A stretch of DNA of 48,661 bases, taken from the NCBI GenBank assembly GCA_045047115.1, contig JASFYR010000025.1, positions 1 to 48,661 of the forward strand, given 5' to 3'. Under the pieces are notes generated by a model, which worked only from the letters and a program-made list of their open reading frames with translations, did no database searches and was not told the origin of the DNA. Within the stretch, counting starts at the first letter, position 1. The number at the start of each line of letters is the position of its first letter. The DNA is from Sulfurospirillum sp. GTDB taxonomy: Bacteria; Campylobacterota; Campylobacteria; Campylobacterales; Sulfurospirillaceae. Position numbers and translations under genes: made by a program. Shown one piece after another: positions 18,936 to 29,317 of the stretch.

Positions 18936-20438
18936 TTACCCCATAAATAAAGATTGGTAGGCAAATTTTGCAGTATCTATCAGAAAATCAATTCCAGGAA
19001 AATATGAGATGAGGGTATTTCCTATTCCTCCCCATATGACAAGTATAGCCATAACAGCAATGACCAGAGGAGGGATTCCTCTTAGTGGTGGAATCTTACC
19101 TTTCATCTCCGAACTTGGGTAAAAGTACATCAAAGCAATAAGCTTAAAGTAGTAATAAACAGATACAAATGTTGCCAGTATCCCAACAACTGCCAAAAGC
19201 GTATAGCCTGATTCTATCGCACCTATAAAGATGTAAAACTTTCCTATGAAGCCTATAGTTGAAGGAATTCCTGCCAAAGAGAGCATAAAGATACTCATCA
19301 TAGCAGCCATATATGGTCTTATATGTGAAAAACCTCTAAAATCCTCATATGTGACTCTTAAGTGATCATCCGATGCTATATAAGAAAGCATACCAAAAGC
19401 ACCCATGGAAGATAAAAAGTATGCGATTAAATAAAAGATGATAGATGTAGCCGCACTCTCACCGATGCTGTTTATTGATACAAATGCTATAAGTAAATAA
19501 CCGGTATGAACTATACTTGAAGCAGCAAGCATCCTCTTTAAACTTGTTTGGAATATCGCTAAAAAACTACCATACAACATTGTCAAAATAGCTATATAAA
19601 AGAGTATATCACTCCAAACATTTTTAAGCTCATGAAAATCAACCAATACAAATCTTAACGCAAAACCAAATATAGCCACTTTAAATGTGGAAGCCATAAA
19701 TGCTGTAATCGGCAAAGGTGCGCCATCATACACATCCATGGACCAATTTTGAAATGGAAATGCTGCAATTTTAAACAAAAATGTTATCAGTATAAGTGTT
19801 CCGCCTGTTATAACCAGAGTCATATCCTCTGTTTTATGTGCACCTAAATAATTTGCTATCTCTAAAATATTTGTGCTTTTTGTTCCGGCATATATAAGTG
19901 CAACTCCAAGTAAAAACATCATACTGGCCATCGAACCCAATATCAAATACCTGAAACTTCCCTCAACTCTTCTTATATAATTTTTTTGAAAACCAATCAA
20001 AACATATAATGATATAGAAGCTATCTCAAGAGCTATAAAAGAGGTAAAAAGCTCTTTGGTCTGAACCAACAAAAGCATACCAAATATAGAAAAAAGAAGA
20101 AGAGAAAAAACTTCACCTCTTAGCATATTTGACTTATCAAAATAGTGAGTTCCTGCCAGAACCGTAACAATTCCACCTGCGATAATTATAGAACTGAAGT
20201 ACCCCGCAAATGTATCTGAAACAATCATCGAAGAGAAAAGCTTGGCATATGGAGTCACAGAGTAAACGGCACCGAAATTCAAAGCATTTGTTCCAAAAGC
20301 AAAAACCAGAAAAAAGAGTGTAACCCAGGAGAGTTTATCTATACTGAACTTCTTAAATGGACTCAACAACATCAACACAACCGCACCTAGACCAATAGAC
20401 AAAAGTGGTAACAGATAGACTATATCATAATATTTCAT
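18936..20438 (-). CDS. nuoN: NADH-quinone oxidoreductase subunit N
   Basis: FKIAAFPFQ.W..DVY.GAP, KRMLA.SSI.H.GY, SLAGIP...GF.GK. Confidence 0.93.
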   Translation of the reverse strand: MKYYDIVYLLPLLSIGLGAVVLMLLSPFKKFSIDKLSWVTLFFLVFAFGTNALNFGAVYSVTPYAKLFSSMIVSDTFAGYFSSIIIAGGIVTVLAGTHYFDKSNMLRGEVFSLLLFSIFGMLLLVQTKELFTSFIALEIASISLYVLIGFQKNYIRRVEGSFRYLILGSMASMMFLLGVALIYAGTKSTNILEIANYLGAHKTEDMTLVITGGTLILITFLFKIAAFPFQNWSMDVYDGAPLPITAFMASTFKVAIFGFALRFVLVDFHELKNVWSDILFYIAILTMLYGSFLAIFQTSLKRMLAASSIVHTGYLLIAFVSINSIGESAATSIIFYLIAYFLSSMGAFGMLSYIASDDHLRVTYEDFRGFSHIRPYMAAMMSIFMLSLAGIPSTIGFIGKFYIFIGAIESGYTLLAVVGILATFVSVYYYFKLIALMYFYPSSEMKGKIPPLRGIPPLVIAVMAILVIWGGIGNTLISYFPGIDFLIDTAKFAYQSLFMG

Positions 20439-21919
20439 GATCCAACCCCCACTTTTAAAATATCCACCAGATAGTGTGTGATAGTCGGCTCAATCTTATA
20501 CAAAAACCAGTGTGGATAGATACCCATAGCAAAAATAACCGCTGCGAGACCAAATATACCCACCATCTCTTTTATATCCAAATCTTTCATTTTACTCACA
20601 TCATTATCCGTATCAACCAAAATCGCTCTTTGAAACAACCAAAACATAAAACTGGCAGCCACCAAAACCGTCAATGCAGATATTACGCCTACATAGTGAT
20701 TAAATTGAAATAATCCAAATACTATCAAAAGCTCAGAAACAAAACCATTTGTTCCAGGAAGCCCGACTATACAAAGAAGCATCAATGCAAATGCAACAGT
20801 CAAAAACGGAGCTTTTTTAGCTATACCTCCCAGTCCGGAAATAGTTCTTATGCCCAAGTCATACTCGATGGTTCCCACAAGCAAAAAGAGCCCTCCGGTC
20901 GCCATAGCATGCGCTACTATCAAAAATGCAGCCCCTGTCATACCATATATGTTTAAGGAGAAGATTCCGGCGGTTATAAGAGCTAGATGTGATGCAGAAG
21001 AGTAGGCAAACATTTTTTTGATATTTTGCTGCATCACTGCCGCAATTCCAAAGTAAAACAGTCCAAAAACACCAAGTCCAACAAAATATGGCGCAAACTC
21101 AACATATTGATGAGGAAATAAAGGAAGTACAAATCTGACTATCCCGTAAATTCCTAATTTTGCCATGATGGCTGAGAGTATAAAAACACCCCCGGTTGGT
21201 GAGTTTGAGTAAGTCTGCATAAGCCAGGTATGAAATGGAAAGATAGGAATCTTTATGGCAAATGCTATCATAAAACCAAAAAACAGAAGTGTTCTTTGAA
21301 GATTTGTTAGAGTTGTAATCTGCACCAAATCACTAAGCTGGAAACTCCAGACACCAAATTCATTGTAAAAAGCAACACCCAAATAGAGTATGGAAACAAG
21401 CATAAACAAAGAACCCATGATAGTATATATGGTGATTTTCAAAGTGGAAAATATCCTGTTTCCAGTTCCATAAATCCCTATAATCATAAATACAGGCAAA
21501 AGCATAGACTCCCAAAAAAAGTAAAAAAGAATCATATCCAGTGAGAGTAGTGCCCCCGTGACACCAGTCTGTATCAAAAGCATACTAGCCCAGTAACCCT
21601 TGGCTTTTTTTGTTTTCCACAAAAAGAGATACCCCAAAGGTATAAGAGTAGTGATAAGCATCAAAATAATCATGGAAAAACCATCAACTCCCAAACTATA
21701 ATATATACCATAACTCGTAATCCATGGATAAAACTCACGAAATTGCATATAATCAGTCAATCGAAACTGAAAAAATATACTCAAAGAGAGTAAAAAAACT
21801 ACAATAGTTGTGGCAAATGCAATATTTCTAGTCACCTTTATACCAATAGGGAGTATCAGCAAAACAAAAGAGACAACAAGAGGCAAGAAAATGATAAAAG
21901 ATAAAAGTCCTATATCCAT
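20435..21919 (-). CDS. nuoM: NADH-quinone oxidoreductase subunit M
   Basis: FYFFWE, AFAIK.P.FPFHTWL, K.G.YG, GLPG..GF.SE. Confidence 0.94.
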   Translation of the reverse strand: MDIGLLSFIIFLPLVVSFVLLILPIGIKVTRNIAFATTIVVFLLSLSIFFQFRLTDYMQFREFYPWITSYGIYYSLGVDGFSMIILMLITTLIPLGYLFLWKTKKAKGYWASMLLIQTGVTGALLSLDMILFYFFWESMLLPVFMIIGIYGTGNRIFSTLKITIYTIMGSLFMLVSILYLGVAFYNEFGVWSFQLSDLVQITTLTNLQRTLLFFGFMIAFAIKIPIFPFHTWLMQTYSNSPTGGVFILSAIMAKLGIYGIVRFVLPLFPHQYVEFAPYFVGLGVFGLFYFGIAAVMQQNIKKMFAYSSASHLALITAGIFSLNIYGMTGAAFLIVAHAMATGGLFLLVGTIEYDLGIRTISGLGGIAKKAPFLTVAFALMLLCIVGLPGTNGFVSELLIVFGLFQFNHYVGVISALTVLVAASFMFWLFQRAILVDTDNDVSKMKDLDIKEMVGIFGLAAVIFAMGIYPHWFLYKIEPTITHYLVDILKVGVGS

Positions 21920-21923
21920 AAAA

Positions 21924-23807
21924 CTATCCTAGCTTCAATATCAAATAGAGGCTAAAAGAGCTAATTCCAACCAACATAAAAAAGGCATAAGCCCTTGTAT
22001 TTGCACACTGCATCCGTCCAACCCTTCTTCCTAAATTTACAAAACCGTTTGAGATAGACATAACAGCTCTATCGATAATCTCATCATCAACTACTGCAGA
22101 GATAAAAACACTCAGTTTTTGAAGTCCTTTTACAAAAATAAAATCATACATCTCATCAATATAGAATTTATTATAAATGACACCGCCTATTTTCATCTCT
22201 TGATTAAAATCATATCTATAAAATTTCACAAACGCTACAGCTATACCGATGAGTCCTGCTACTACACTTATAAACATAAGTGATATCTCCTGCGCATGCT
22301 CTACATGTAGAGCTTTTCCACTCCACATTTCAAGCCACCCATCTATCAGGTTATGAGTACCAAAAACTTCGGGTAAACCTATAAATCCACCAAATGCCGC
22401 TCCAAAAGCCAGCAGAATCAAAGGAACTTTCATACTCCAAGAAACTGTATTCGTCTTTTTATCATCGTAATTTTTACCTTCAAATGTAACAAAAAAGAGT
22501 CTAAACATATAGTATGCTGTCAAAGATGCCGTAAAGAGTCCTATAGTATATATCAGGTATTCGTGATGTATATATGCTTTAAGCAGAATTTCATCTTTAC
22601 TGAAAAAGCCTGAAAAAGGAGGTATGCCGCTTATCGCTAGAGTTGCTATAAGCATCACTGCATACACAAGAGGTAGTTTTTTCCTAAGGCCGCCCATCTT
22701 GAAAATATTTTGTTCGTGGTGCAAAGCTATGATTACTGCACCGGCTCCCATAAACAAAAGCGCTTTGAAAAAAGCATGTGTAAACACATGAAAAAGACCC
22801 GTAGAGTAAGCACCTAGTCCCACCGCTATAAACATATATCCTAATTGAGATATAGTGGAATATGCCAGTATCTTTTTGATGTCCGTCTGTCTCATCGCAA
22901 TGATAGCGGCAAAAAGCGCAGAAAACGCTCCGATATAAGCTATAAATACTCCAACATCCGGAATCAAATCATATAAAAAGTGAAATCTTGCCACCATATA
23001 AACACCGGCTGTCACCATAGTAGCAGCATGTATAAGAGCAGATACCGGGGTCGGTCCTGCCATGGCATCTGGCAACCATACATAAAGAGGTATTTGGGCT
23101 GATTTTCCCATAGCTCCCACAAACAGTGCGACACCTATAAAAGTAAGGACGGGCACAGGAACCAAAGAGACATACTCTTCAAGCGCATAGTAGTCAAACC
23201 CTAGTTTACCCATATAAAAAAACATGGTAACAAGTCCAACAATAAAACCAAAATCACCTACACGATTTACTATAAAAGCTTTGTTTCCTGCTACTACATT
23301 TAATGGATCGGTAAAATAAAAACTTATCAAAAGATATGAGCACAGACCTACACCTTCCCAACCTATAAACATGATAAGCGGGCTGTTTGCCAAAACCAAA
23401 AGCAGCATGGATGCCATAAAAAGGTTAAAGTATGAGAAAAATTTGCCATATCCCTCATCGCCTTTCATATAGCCTGCTGCATATATATGTATCAAGGAGC
23501 CTACAAAAGTGATAAAAAGAGTCATAAATATAGATAATCTATCGCCCAAGAAACCCATACTTATAATATAGCCATTGACTTTCAACCAAGTATAGGGCTC
23601 ATATATATATTCGCTCACTCCATTGCTTAGACCTATAAAAAACAGCACACCTAAAACAAAACTTGCCATTGGAGCAAAAAGGGCTAAAGTTGTAAATATA
23701 AAATCTGGAATTTTCTTCACCCTAATAGAGTAAAGATACATCATACCCAAAACAAGGGAGCTAACAAGTGGAATCAAAACAATCCATGCCAAGAAAAAGT
23801 TACTCAT
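21924..23807 (-). CDS. nuoL: NADH-quinone oxidoreductase subunit L
   Basis: GWEGVG.CSY, GKSAQ.PL..WLPDAMAGPTPVSALIHAATMV, HAFFKALLF. Confidence 0.96.
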   Translation of the reverse strand: MSNFFLAWIVLIPLVSSLVLGMMYLYSIRVKKIPDFIFTTLALFAPMASFVLGVLFFIGLSNGVSEYIYEPYTWLKVNGYIISMGFLGDRLSIFMTLFITFVGSLIHIYAAGYMKGDEGYGKFFSYFNLFMASMLLLVLANSPLIMFIGWEGVGLCSYLLISFYFTDPLNVVAGNKAFIVNRVGDFGFIVGLVTMFFYMGKLGFDYYALEEYVSLVPVPVLTFIGVALFVGAMGKSAQIPLYVWLPDAMAGPTPVSALIHAATMVTAGVYMVARFHFLYDLIPDVGVFIAYIGAFSALFAAIIAMRQTDIKKILAYSTISQLGYMFIAVGLGAYSTGLFHVFTHAFFKALLFMGAGAVIIALHHEQNIFKMGGLRKKLPLVYAVMLIATLAISGIPPFSGFFSKDEILLKAYIHHEYLIYTIGLFTASLTAYYMFRLFFVTFEGKNYDDKKTNTVSWSMKVPLILLAFGAAFGGFIGLPEVFGTHNLIDGWLEMWSGKALHVEHAQEISLMFISVVAGLIGIAVAFVKFYRYDFNQEMKIGGVIYNKFYIDEMYDFIFVKGLQKLSVFISAVVDDEIIDRAVMSISNGFVNLGRRVGRMQCANTRAYAFFMLVGISSFSLYLILKLG

Positions 23808-24124
23808 AGTGTGTCTTTCTGTTTCAATGTATTGTAATCATCGATATTTAAAGAGCGTTTTAGTCTAAACATAGCAACTATCAACGATAAAAATACTGCA
23901 GCTTCACAAGCAGCTATTGCCATCACCATCATAGCTATAATTTGTCCATCCATTGAACTAAAGTATTTACTCAAAGTCACTAACATTAGATTTACAGCAT
24001 TTAGCATTAATTCTATAGACATGTAAATCACAAATATATTTTTTCTACTAACCAAACCGATGATGCCTATACTAAAAAGCAGAATTGAGAGCGATATATA
24101 GGACATAAAAGATGCTTCTATCAT
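23804..24124 (-). CDS. nuoK: NADH-quinone oxidoreductase subunit K
   Basis: MSIELMLNA.N, AACEAAV. Confidence 0.94.
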   Translation of the reverse strand: MIEASFMSYISLSILLFSIGIIGLVSRKNIFVIYMSIELMLNAVNLMLVTLSKYFSSMDGQIIAMMVMAIAACEAAVFLSLIVAMFRLKRSLNIDDYNTLKQKDTL

Positions 24125-24627
24125 TTTCTCTCCTTTTTTCTGGCCAACACTATTGAGCCTATCAATGCCACCAAAAGCAAGATAGATATAGCTTCAAACG
24201 GCAATAACCAGCCTCTAAAAAGTTTATCACCCAACATCTTTATATCCCCAAAATTCTCTATTTTAGTGCTAAAATCTCCGATATGAGGCATCCTTAAAAA
24301 TGCTTCAAAAAGAAGATAGTCAACAGGAATCAAAACAATAGTAACTACGAGCATATTTATATATTTATTTGGCTCTTTTGGAGCATGGTCTTCTCTTATG
24401 TTTAAAAACATGATGATAAAAAGCAAAAGTGTGATTATCGCACCTGCATAGATGATAATTTGCACCATAAACAAAAATGAGGCACTCAAAAGCGCATAGA
24501 GTCCTGCCAACGCCATCACTGTAACCACAAAACTAAGAGCACTGTGCATGGTGTTTGAAAATATCACCATACCGATCGCACCCATAAGTGCAAATAGCAA
24601 TAAAATTAAAAATAAAATATCTATCAT
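24121..24627 (-). CDS. nuoJ: NADH-quinone oxidoreductase subunit J
   Basis: QIIIYAGAI..L.LF..M, PFE..S.LLLVA.IG. Confidence 0.94.
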   Translation of the reverse strand: MIDILFLILLLFALMGAIGMVIFSNTMHSALSFVVTVMALAGLYALLSASFLFMVQIIIYAGAIITLLLFIIMFLNIREDHAPKEPNKYINMLVVTIVLIPVDYLLFEAFLRMPHIGDFSTKIENFGDIKMLGDKLFRGWLLPFEAISILLLVALIGSIVLARKKERK

Positions 24628-25124
24628 TTTTCGCCCTCAAAAGATTTATGCGCCAATAACTGCTCTTTGTCCAAGACAAAATCCTTTCTTCTTTTTGCAA
24701 CAAAACTAAAAATTCCCGTATCCATCCTTATAGCATCACAAGGACAAGCCTCTACGCATCCGCCACAAAATACACACTCTAACAAATCTATCTTAAAAAT
24801 TGAGGGCATCTTCTCATCTATGCCGTCTTTTCGCTCTTGCGCCTCTATAAAGATACAATCAGCCGGACATGCGGTAGCACACATAAAACATGCCACACAT
24901 CTGACGCTTCCGTCATCTCTGTGAGTGAGTCTGTGTACACCTCTGTAACGCTGAGTTATATCCTCGGGTTGCATCTCCGGATAGCACTCTGTTTTTATGT
25001 TTGAAGTATCTTTTAGATTTTTGGCAAAGTGCGACATCGTCACTTTCATTCCTGCAAATATAGCAGGCAAATAGAGTCTATCTTTGAAGCTCTTGCCGTA
25101 TCTTGGTACTATTTTTGTGCCCAT
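24624..25124 (-). CDS. nuoI: NADH-quinone oxidoreductase subunit I
   Basis: Two CxxCxxCxxxCP motifs and YRG.H.L. Start moved to ATG 25124, just after the nuoH stop. Confidence 0.94.
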   Translation of the reverse strand: MGTKIVPRYGKSFKDRLYLPAIFAGMKVTMSHFAKNLKDTSNIKTECYPEMQPEDITQRYRGVHRLTHRDDGSVRCVACFMCATACPADCIFIEAQERKDGIDEKMPSIFKIDLLECVFCGGCVEACPCDAIRMDTGIFSFVAKRRKDFVLDKEQLLAHKSFEGEK

Positions 25125-25125
25125 A

Positions 25126-26409
25126 TCACACCCCAAATCCGACAACTACAAGTGCAGTTATAAAGATATTTGCGATAGACAGAGGCAAAAGCACCTTCCA
25201 TCCCAGATTTTGAAGTTGATCATATCTAAATCTAGGAAGGGTCCATCTGACCCAGACAAAGACAAAATTCATCAATAAAAGTTTTATGGCAAATGTCGCT
25301 ACCTGTATAATAGCCACTGCGATATTTGTGCCTATTGTTCCGATACCACTATATAAAAAATAAGCTAAAACAGCTAGAACCACCACATTTATCATCACCA
25401 AAACACGCAATAACCATTTAGTCTCTGTGTTCCTTATATCACCAGCTTTTGGCCAAACATTGTTTCTTATCATCCATCTTCCAAAGAAGAAACTCAAAAT
25501 CGGAAGTGCTGCAAAAATAACCCACATTATAACACTAAAATACTCTTTTAATATATCAGTTCCCAGCCAAGGCAGATTGTATCCGCCAAAAAACAGAGTC
25601 ACTATCAAAGCACTAGAAGCACTCATAGCAACATACTCACCAACAAAAAAGAGTCCAAATTTCATGGCACTGTACTCTGTGTGATAACCACCGACTATCT
25701 CGCTCTCGCCCTCAGCTATGTCAAAAGGTGTCCTGTTTGCCTCTGCAAAAGCTGTGACTATAAAGATAACAGCGGCTAAAGGTTGCATAACAATTCCCCA
25801 CGCCGGTATGAAACCAAAAAGGAGTTTGCTTTGAAAATTTACAATATCTACCAAATTTATAGAGCCATAAGTAACAAGTAAAGAGATGAGAGCCAAAGTC
25901 ATAGAGGCTTCATAGCTTACTACCTGTGCACCTGCTCTGACAGAGCCCAAAAGTGAATATTTGTTGTTACTCGCCCAGCCGCCCAGGATGATACCGTATA
26001 TGCTAAGTCCTGCAAATGCCAAAAACCATAGAACCCCAAGATTTATAGGCAATCCTTGCATTATAAAAGTTTGGGAGCCTATGACTAAATCATCAGCAAA
26101 GGGCATCACCATATATGACAAAAATGCCGAAGCAAATACGATAACCGGGGCTATCAAAAAGACAAATTTCTCCTTTATGGCTCTTGCTCTAAAATCCTCT
26201 TTAAACACCAATTTAAGCATATCCGCGAAAGACTGTATCAATCCACCCAAACGAAATCCTGCTATATTGCATCTGTTTGGTCCTAGCCTGTCTTGAATGA
26301 AACCTGCTACCCTTCTCTCAACCCACACCAAAATAGGTGCTGCCCCCAATGAGAAAAGAAGAGCTATGATAATGTTGATCACTATAACTACTATAAGTAT
26401 TATATTCAT
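25126..26409 (-). CDS. nuoH: NADH-quinone oxidoreductase subunit H (long form)
   Basis: ERR....QDR.GP, Q..SYE, AE.NR.PFD..E.ESE, RWTLPRFRYDQL. Confidence 0.95.
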   Translation of the reverse strand: MNIILIVVIVINIIIALLFSLGAAPILVWVERRVAGFIQDRLGPNRCNIAGFRLGGLIQSFADMLKLVFKEDFRARAIKEKFVFLIAPVIVFASAFLSYMVMPFADDLVIGSQTFIMQGLPINLGVLWFLAFAGLSIYGIILGGWASNNKYSLLGSVRAGAQVVSYEASMTLALISLLVTYGSINLVDIVNFQSKLLFGFIPAWGIVMQPLAAVIFIVTAFAEANRTPFDIAEGESEIVGGYHTEYSAMKFGLFFVGEYVAMSASSALIVTLFFGGYNLPWLGTDILKEYFSVIMWVIFAALPILSFFFGRWMIRNNVWPKAGDIRNTETKWLLRVLVMINVVVLAVLAYFLYSGIGTIGTNIAVAIIQVATFAIKLLLMNFVFVWVRWTLPRFRYDQLQNLGWKVLLPLSIANIFITALVVVGFGV

Positions 26410-27920
26410 TTCCCAATCTTAACGCTATTTGATTTTACATGTGTGAATTTTATATCACCCAAAAACTCTTCATTTTCCAAACCGCTTTTCCAAACATCTT
26501 CACATGTAGCTTTGCCATCACTCAAAACAGTCTCTACAAAATCAAGCACCTTTATGGCCTGTATATTTTTTTGTATCTCACAAGAGCTAAACTGTATATA
26601 ATTGTCACAATTGATAAAAGTCCCTTGTCTGCTGGTGTGAGATACGACAGGTATGACGATATCAAGCTTATCTTTCTCTTTGAAATCTCTATAGTTCATC
26701 ACGCCGATTGAACCATCATAACCCATCTTTTTTACAGTTTGGACATCATCTCTGCCAACTAGCAAAACAAACTCTTTATCTTTCAAATCTCTTAGCAACT
26801 CCTCTTTTGAGTCACTAATATCTAAAAATCCCAAAGCTTTTCTATTTGGAGTTTTATCACTTTGTCTTAGCATATCATCTTTGAAATCTTCATCAAAATT
26901 GTCATCAAATCCATCTATCCTGGCACCCAACTCTTTTGCCAGAACTTTCAATCTGTATATCTCTTCAAGACTCAGAGTTGGTGAAATTAAAAGTAGAGTC
27001 TTAGAACTATATCTTTTTAACAGTCTTTCTATCTTTAAAAGTGTATATTCAAATTCACTCTCCATGCCTCTTATGTAGGCATTTAAGAGTCTGTTTTCAT
27101 TCTCTTTTTTATAACTTAGTCTACCATAATCACAAATAAAATATCCATTTACATCTTTGTTAAATTTTGGCCTGTATCTATAAACGACATCATCTTTATA
27201 CTTTTCTTTATTGTGGTCAACCAACAAGGAACAACCTTTTGAACATCCATCGCATATCGCCTCTTCGGGCTTTAAAAACCAAACCCTTTTATGAAATCTA
27301 AAATCTTTACTGGTTAAAGCTCCCACAGGACACAAATCTATAACATTCATAGCATATGGGTTTGATAGTTTAGTTCCGGGAAACGTAGATATATACGAGT
27401 GGTCATTTCTCACAACAACACCTAATTCATGGGTTTTTGTGATATTTTTGGTAAATCTGACGCATCTTGTACACAAAACACATCTCTCCTGGTCAAGCAT
27501 GACATTTGCACCCAAATCAACATGTTTTCTTTTATGATTTTTTGAAGTATCGAGCCTGCTGTCATAGAGTCCAACATCCATATAGTAGTTTTGTAAAGAG
27601 CACTCGCCGGCCTGGTCACATATAGGACAGTCAACAGGGTGATTTATAAGCTCAAGCTCCAAAATCTGTCTTTTGACTCTGGCGATATTTTCACCTTTTG
27701 TTCGCACAATCATACCATCGCTTACAGGAGTATCACAGGCTATCTGAGGCCTCTTTTTACCCTCGATTTCCACCATACACATACGACAATTTCCATCTTT
27801 GCCCAAAGAAGGATGATAGCAAAAATGTGGAATGTTTATCCCGTTTGCTAAAAGCTCTTCGATAAGAAGTGCATTATCCTTTGCATATATCTCTTTACCA
27901 TCAACCGTTATCGTTGCCAT
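26406..27920 (-). CDS. nuoG: NADH-quinone oxidoreductase subunit G (short form)
   Basis: CYH....GNCRMC..C, HPVDCPICDQAGEC, CVLCTRC...CPVGAL, CDGCSKGC...C. Confidence 0.9.
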   Translation of the reverse strand: MATITVDGKEIYAKDNALLIEELLANGINIPHFCYHPSLGKDGNCRMCMVEIEGKKRPQIACDTPVSDGMIVRTKGENIARVKRQILELELINHPVDCPICDQAGECSLQNYYMDVGLYDSRLDTSKNHKRKHVDLGANVMLDQERCVLCTRCVRFTKNITKTHELGVVVRNDHSYISTFPGTKLSNPYAMNVIDLCPVGALTSKDFRFHKRVWFLKPEEAICDGCSKGCSLLVDHNKEKYKDDVVYRYRPKFNKDVNGYFICDYGRLSYKKENENRLLNAYIRGMESEFEYTLLKIERLLKRYSSKTLLLISPTLSLEEIYRLKVLAKELGARIDGFDDNFDEDFKDDMLRQSDKTPNRKALGFLDISDSKEELLRDLKDKEFVLLVGRDDVQTVKKMGYDGSIGVMNYRDFKEKDKLDIVIPVVSHTSRQGTFINCDNYIQFSSCEIQKNIQAIKVLDFVETVLSDGKATCEDVWKSGLENEEFLGDIKFTHVKSNSVKIGK

Positions 27921-28029
27921 TAACTTTAAAGCCTTAATTATTTTGTGTTATTTTATCTACCTCAAACTTTAAACAAGCTGTCAAAATGATGATAAAAATT
28001 TATATTGGTTATGTTTAAAATTATATTAT

Positions 28030-28662
28030 TTAGATTATATACTCCACTATCTCATCAAAACTGAGCCTTGTTTTTTGTGGTTGAGGTTTCACCCTGTATC
28101 CGAAAGGAAGCATAAGTGAAGTTTGAAACTCTTTTGTATCTAGTTTTAAAATCTCATCGACTCTGTTTTTCTCAAACCCCTCTATCGGGCAAGAGTCTAT
28201 ACCTATGGCGGCGGCGGCACTCATCATATTTGCAACAGCTATATATGTCTGTCTTGCACTCCATGCAAAGATGTTTTTATCATCTCCTATAGCTTGTATA
28301 TAGTTTTCATAAACACCTATATATCCATCTATCATCTCTTGTGGCAAATCTCGTCTTTGAAATCTTTTTTGAGGTATGCCACTCTCAATCTTAAGTGGGT
28401 ACAAAGCTGCTAAAACAACAACCAAATGTGAACATGTAGTAATTTGGGGCTGATTCCAGCAAACCTCTCTTAGTTTCTGCTTTAACTCATCATTTGTTAT
28501 AACTAAAAACCTCCATCCCTCCATCCCAAATGAAGACGGCGAAAGTCTGCCGGCTTCAAGTATATACCTTATATCCTCATCCTCAATCTTTTTATTTTCA
28601 TCAAAAAGTTTACAAGCATGCCTAAACTCCATCACCTCTTTAAACAAATCTTTTTTTTTCAT
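28030..28662 (-). CDS. NAD(P)H nitroreductase family protein
   Basis: RHACK.F, LSPSSFG.E.W.F, NQPQI, GIDSCPIEGF. Confidence 0.92.
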   Translation of the reverse strand: MKKKDLFKEVMEFRHACKLFDENKKIEDEDIRYILEAGRLSPSSFGMEGWRFLVITNDELKQKLREVCWNQPQITTCSHLVVVLAALYPLKIESGIPQKRFQRRDLPQEMIDGYIGVYENYIQAIGDDKNIFAWSARQTYIAVANMMSAAAAIGIDSCPIEGFEKNRVDEILKLDTKEFQTSLMLPFGYRVKPQPQKTRLSFDEIVEYII

Positions 28663-28763
28663 ATTTTTTCCTTATATGCATCATACCAAAAGGAAACTTA
28701 CAAAATTAAACATGCTGGAGCAAATTTAATGATTTTTTAACTATCAAATGCTAAACTAACACA

Positions 28764-29243
28764 ATGAAAACCAAAAAATTTTTTAAACTGCTTGTTCTGG
28801 AGATATTTGTCCTTATTTTAGTTGTTGCATATTTTCTTATAGATTCTAGTGATATATACAGATGGTATGTAGGAGATACAAACTTTGTCAAACAAGACAA
28901 GAGTTGCGATTTGCATAAAAAAGCATGTAGTATTACACTGGGAGATGGGAGCGTGATAACTCTGGACATAACTCCACGCCCAATCCCTTTAATGAAACCT
29001 ATAAGAATCCATATTACAACAAAAAATATCAATCTTGACAAACTTGATTTAAAAGTATTTGCAACAAACATGAATATGGGGCTGATTGAAAAATCTCTAA
29101 AAAGGGTAAAAAAAGATACTTATGAGGGAGAGATAACACTCCCAATGTGCATAGTTGGAAATATGATTTGGGATGTAAACATCATAGCAAATGAACCTTC
29201 AAGCAGTCTGGGGGCTGTATTTGAATTTCAAACGAGAAAATAG
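28764..29243 (+). CDS. Membrane-anchored periplasmic protein with Cys/Met motifs
   Basis: N-terminal TM helix, CDLHKKAC, NMNMG, LPMC...M.W; extended -10 immediately upstream. Confidence 0.75.
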   Translation: MKTKKFFKLLVLEIFVLILVVAYFLIDSSDIYRWYVGDTNFVKQDKSCDLHKKACSITLGDGSVITLDITPRPIPLMKPIRIHITTKNINLDKLDLKVFATNMNMGLIEKSLKRVKKDTYEGEITLPMCIVGNMIWDVNIIANEPSSSLGAVFEFQTRK

Positions 29244-29317
29244 ATAAGTACCTATCCGCAAAGAACCCCAACTACCAGTGGCAATAGATGTATAATTTGA
29301 AGCCATTGAGTATTTTA

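Noticed and set aside
28705..28730. Imperfect inverted repeat ATTAAA..TGCT-GG-AGCA..TTTAAT between divergent genes
   Set aside because: Interrupted and AT-rich, with no adjacent regulator; cannot be supported.
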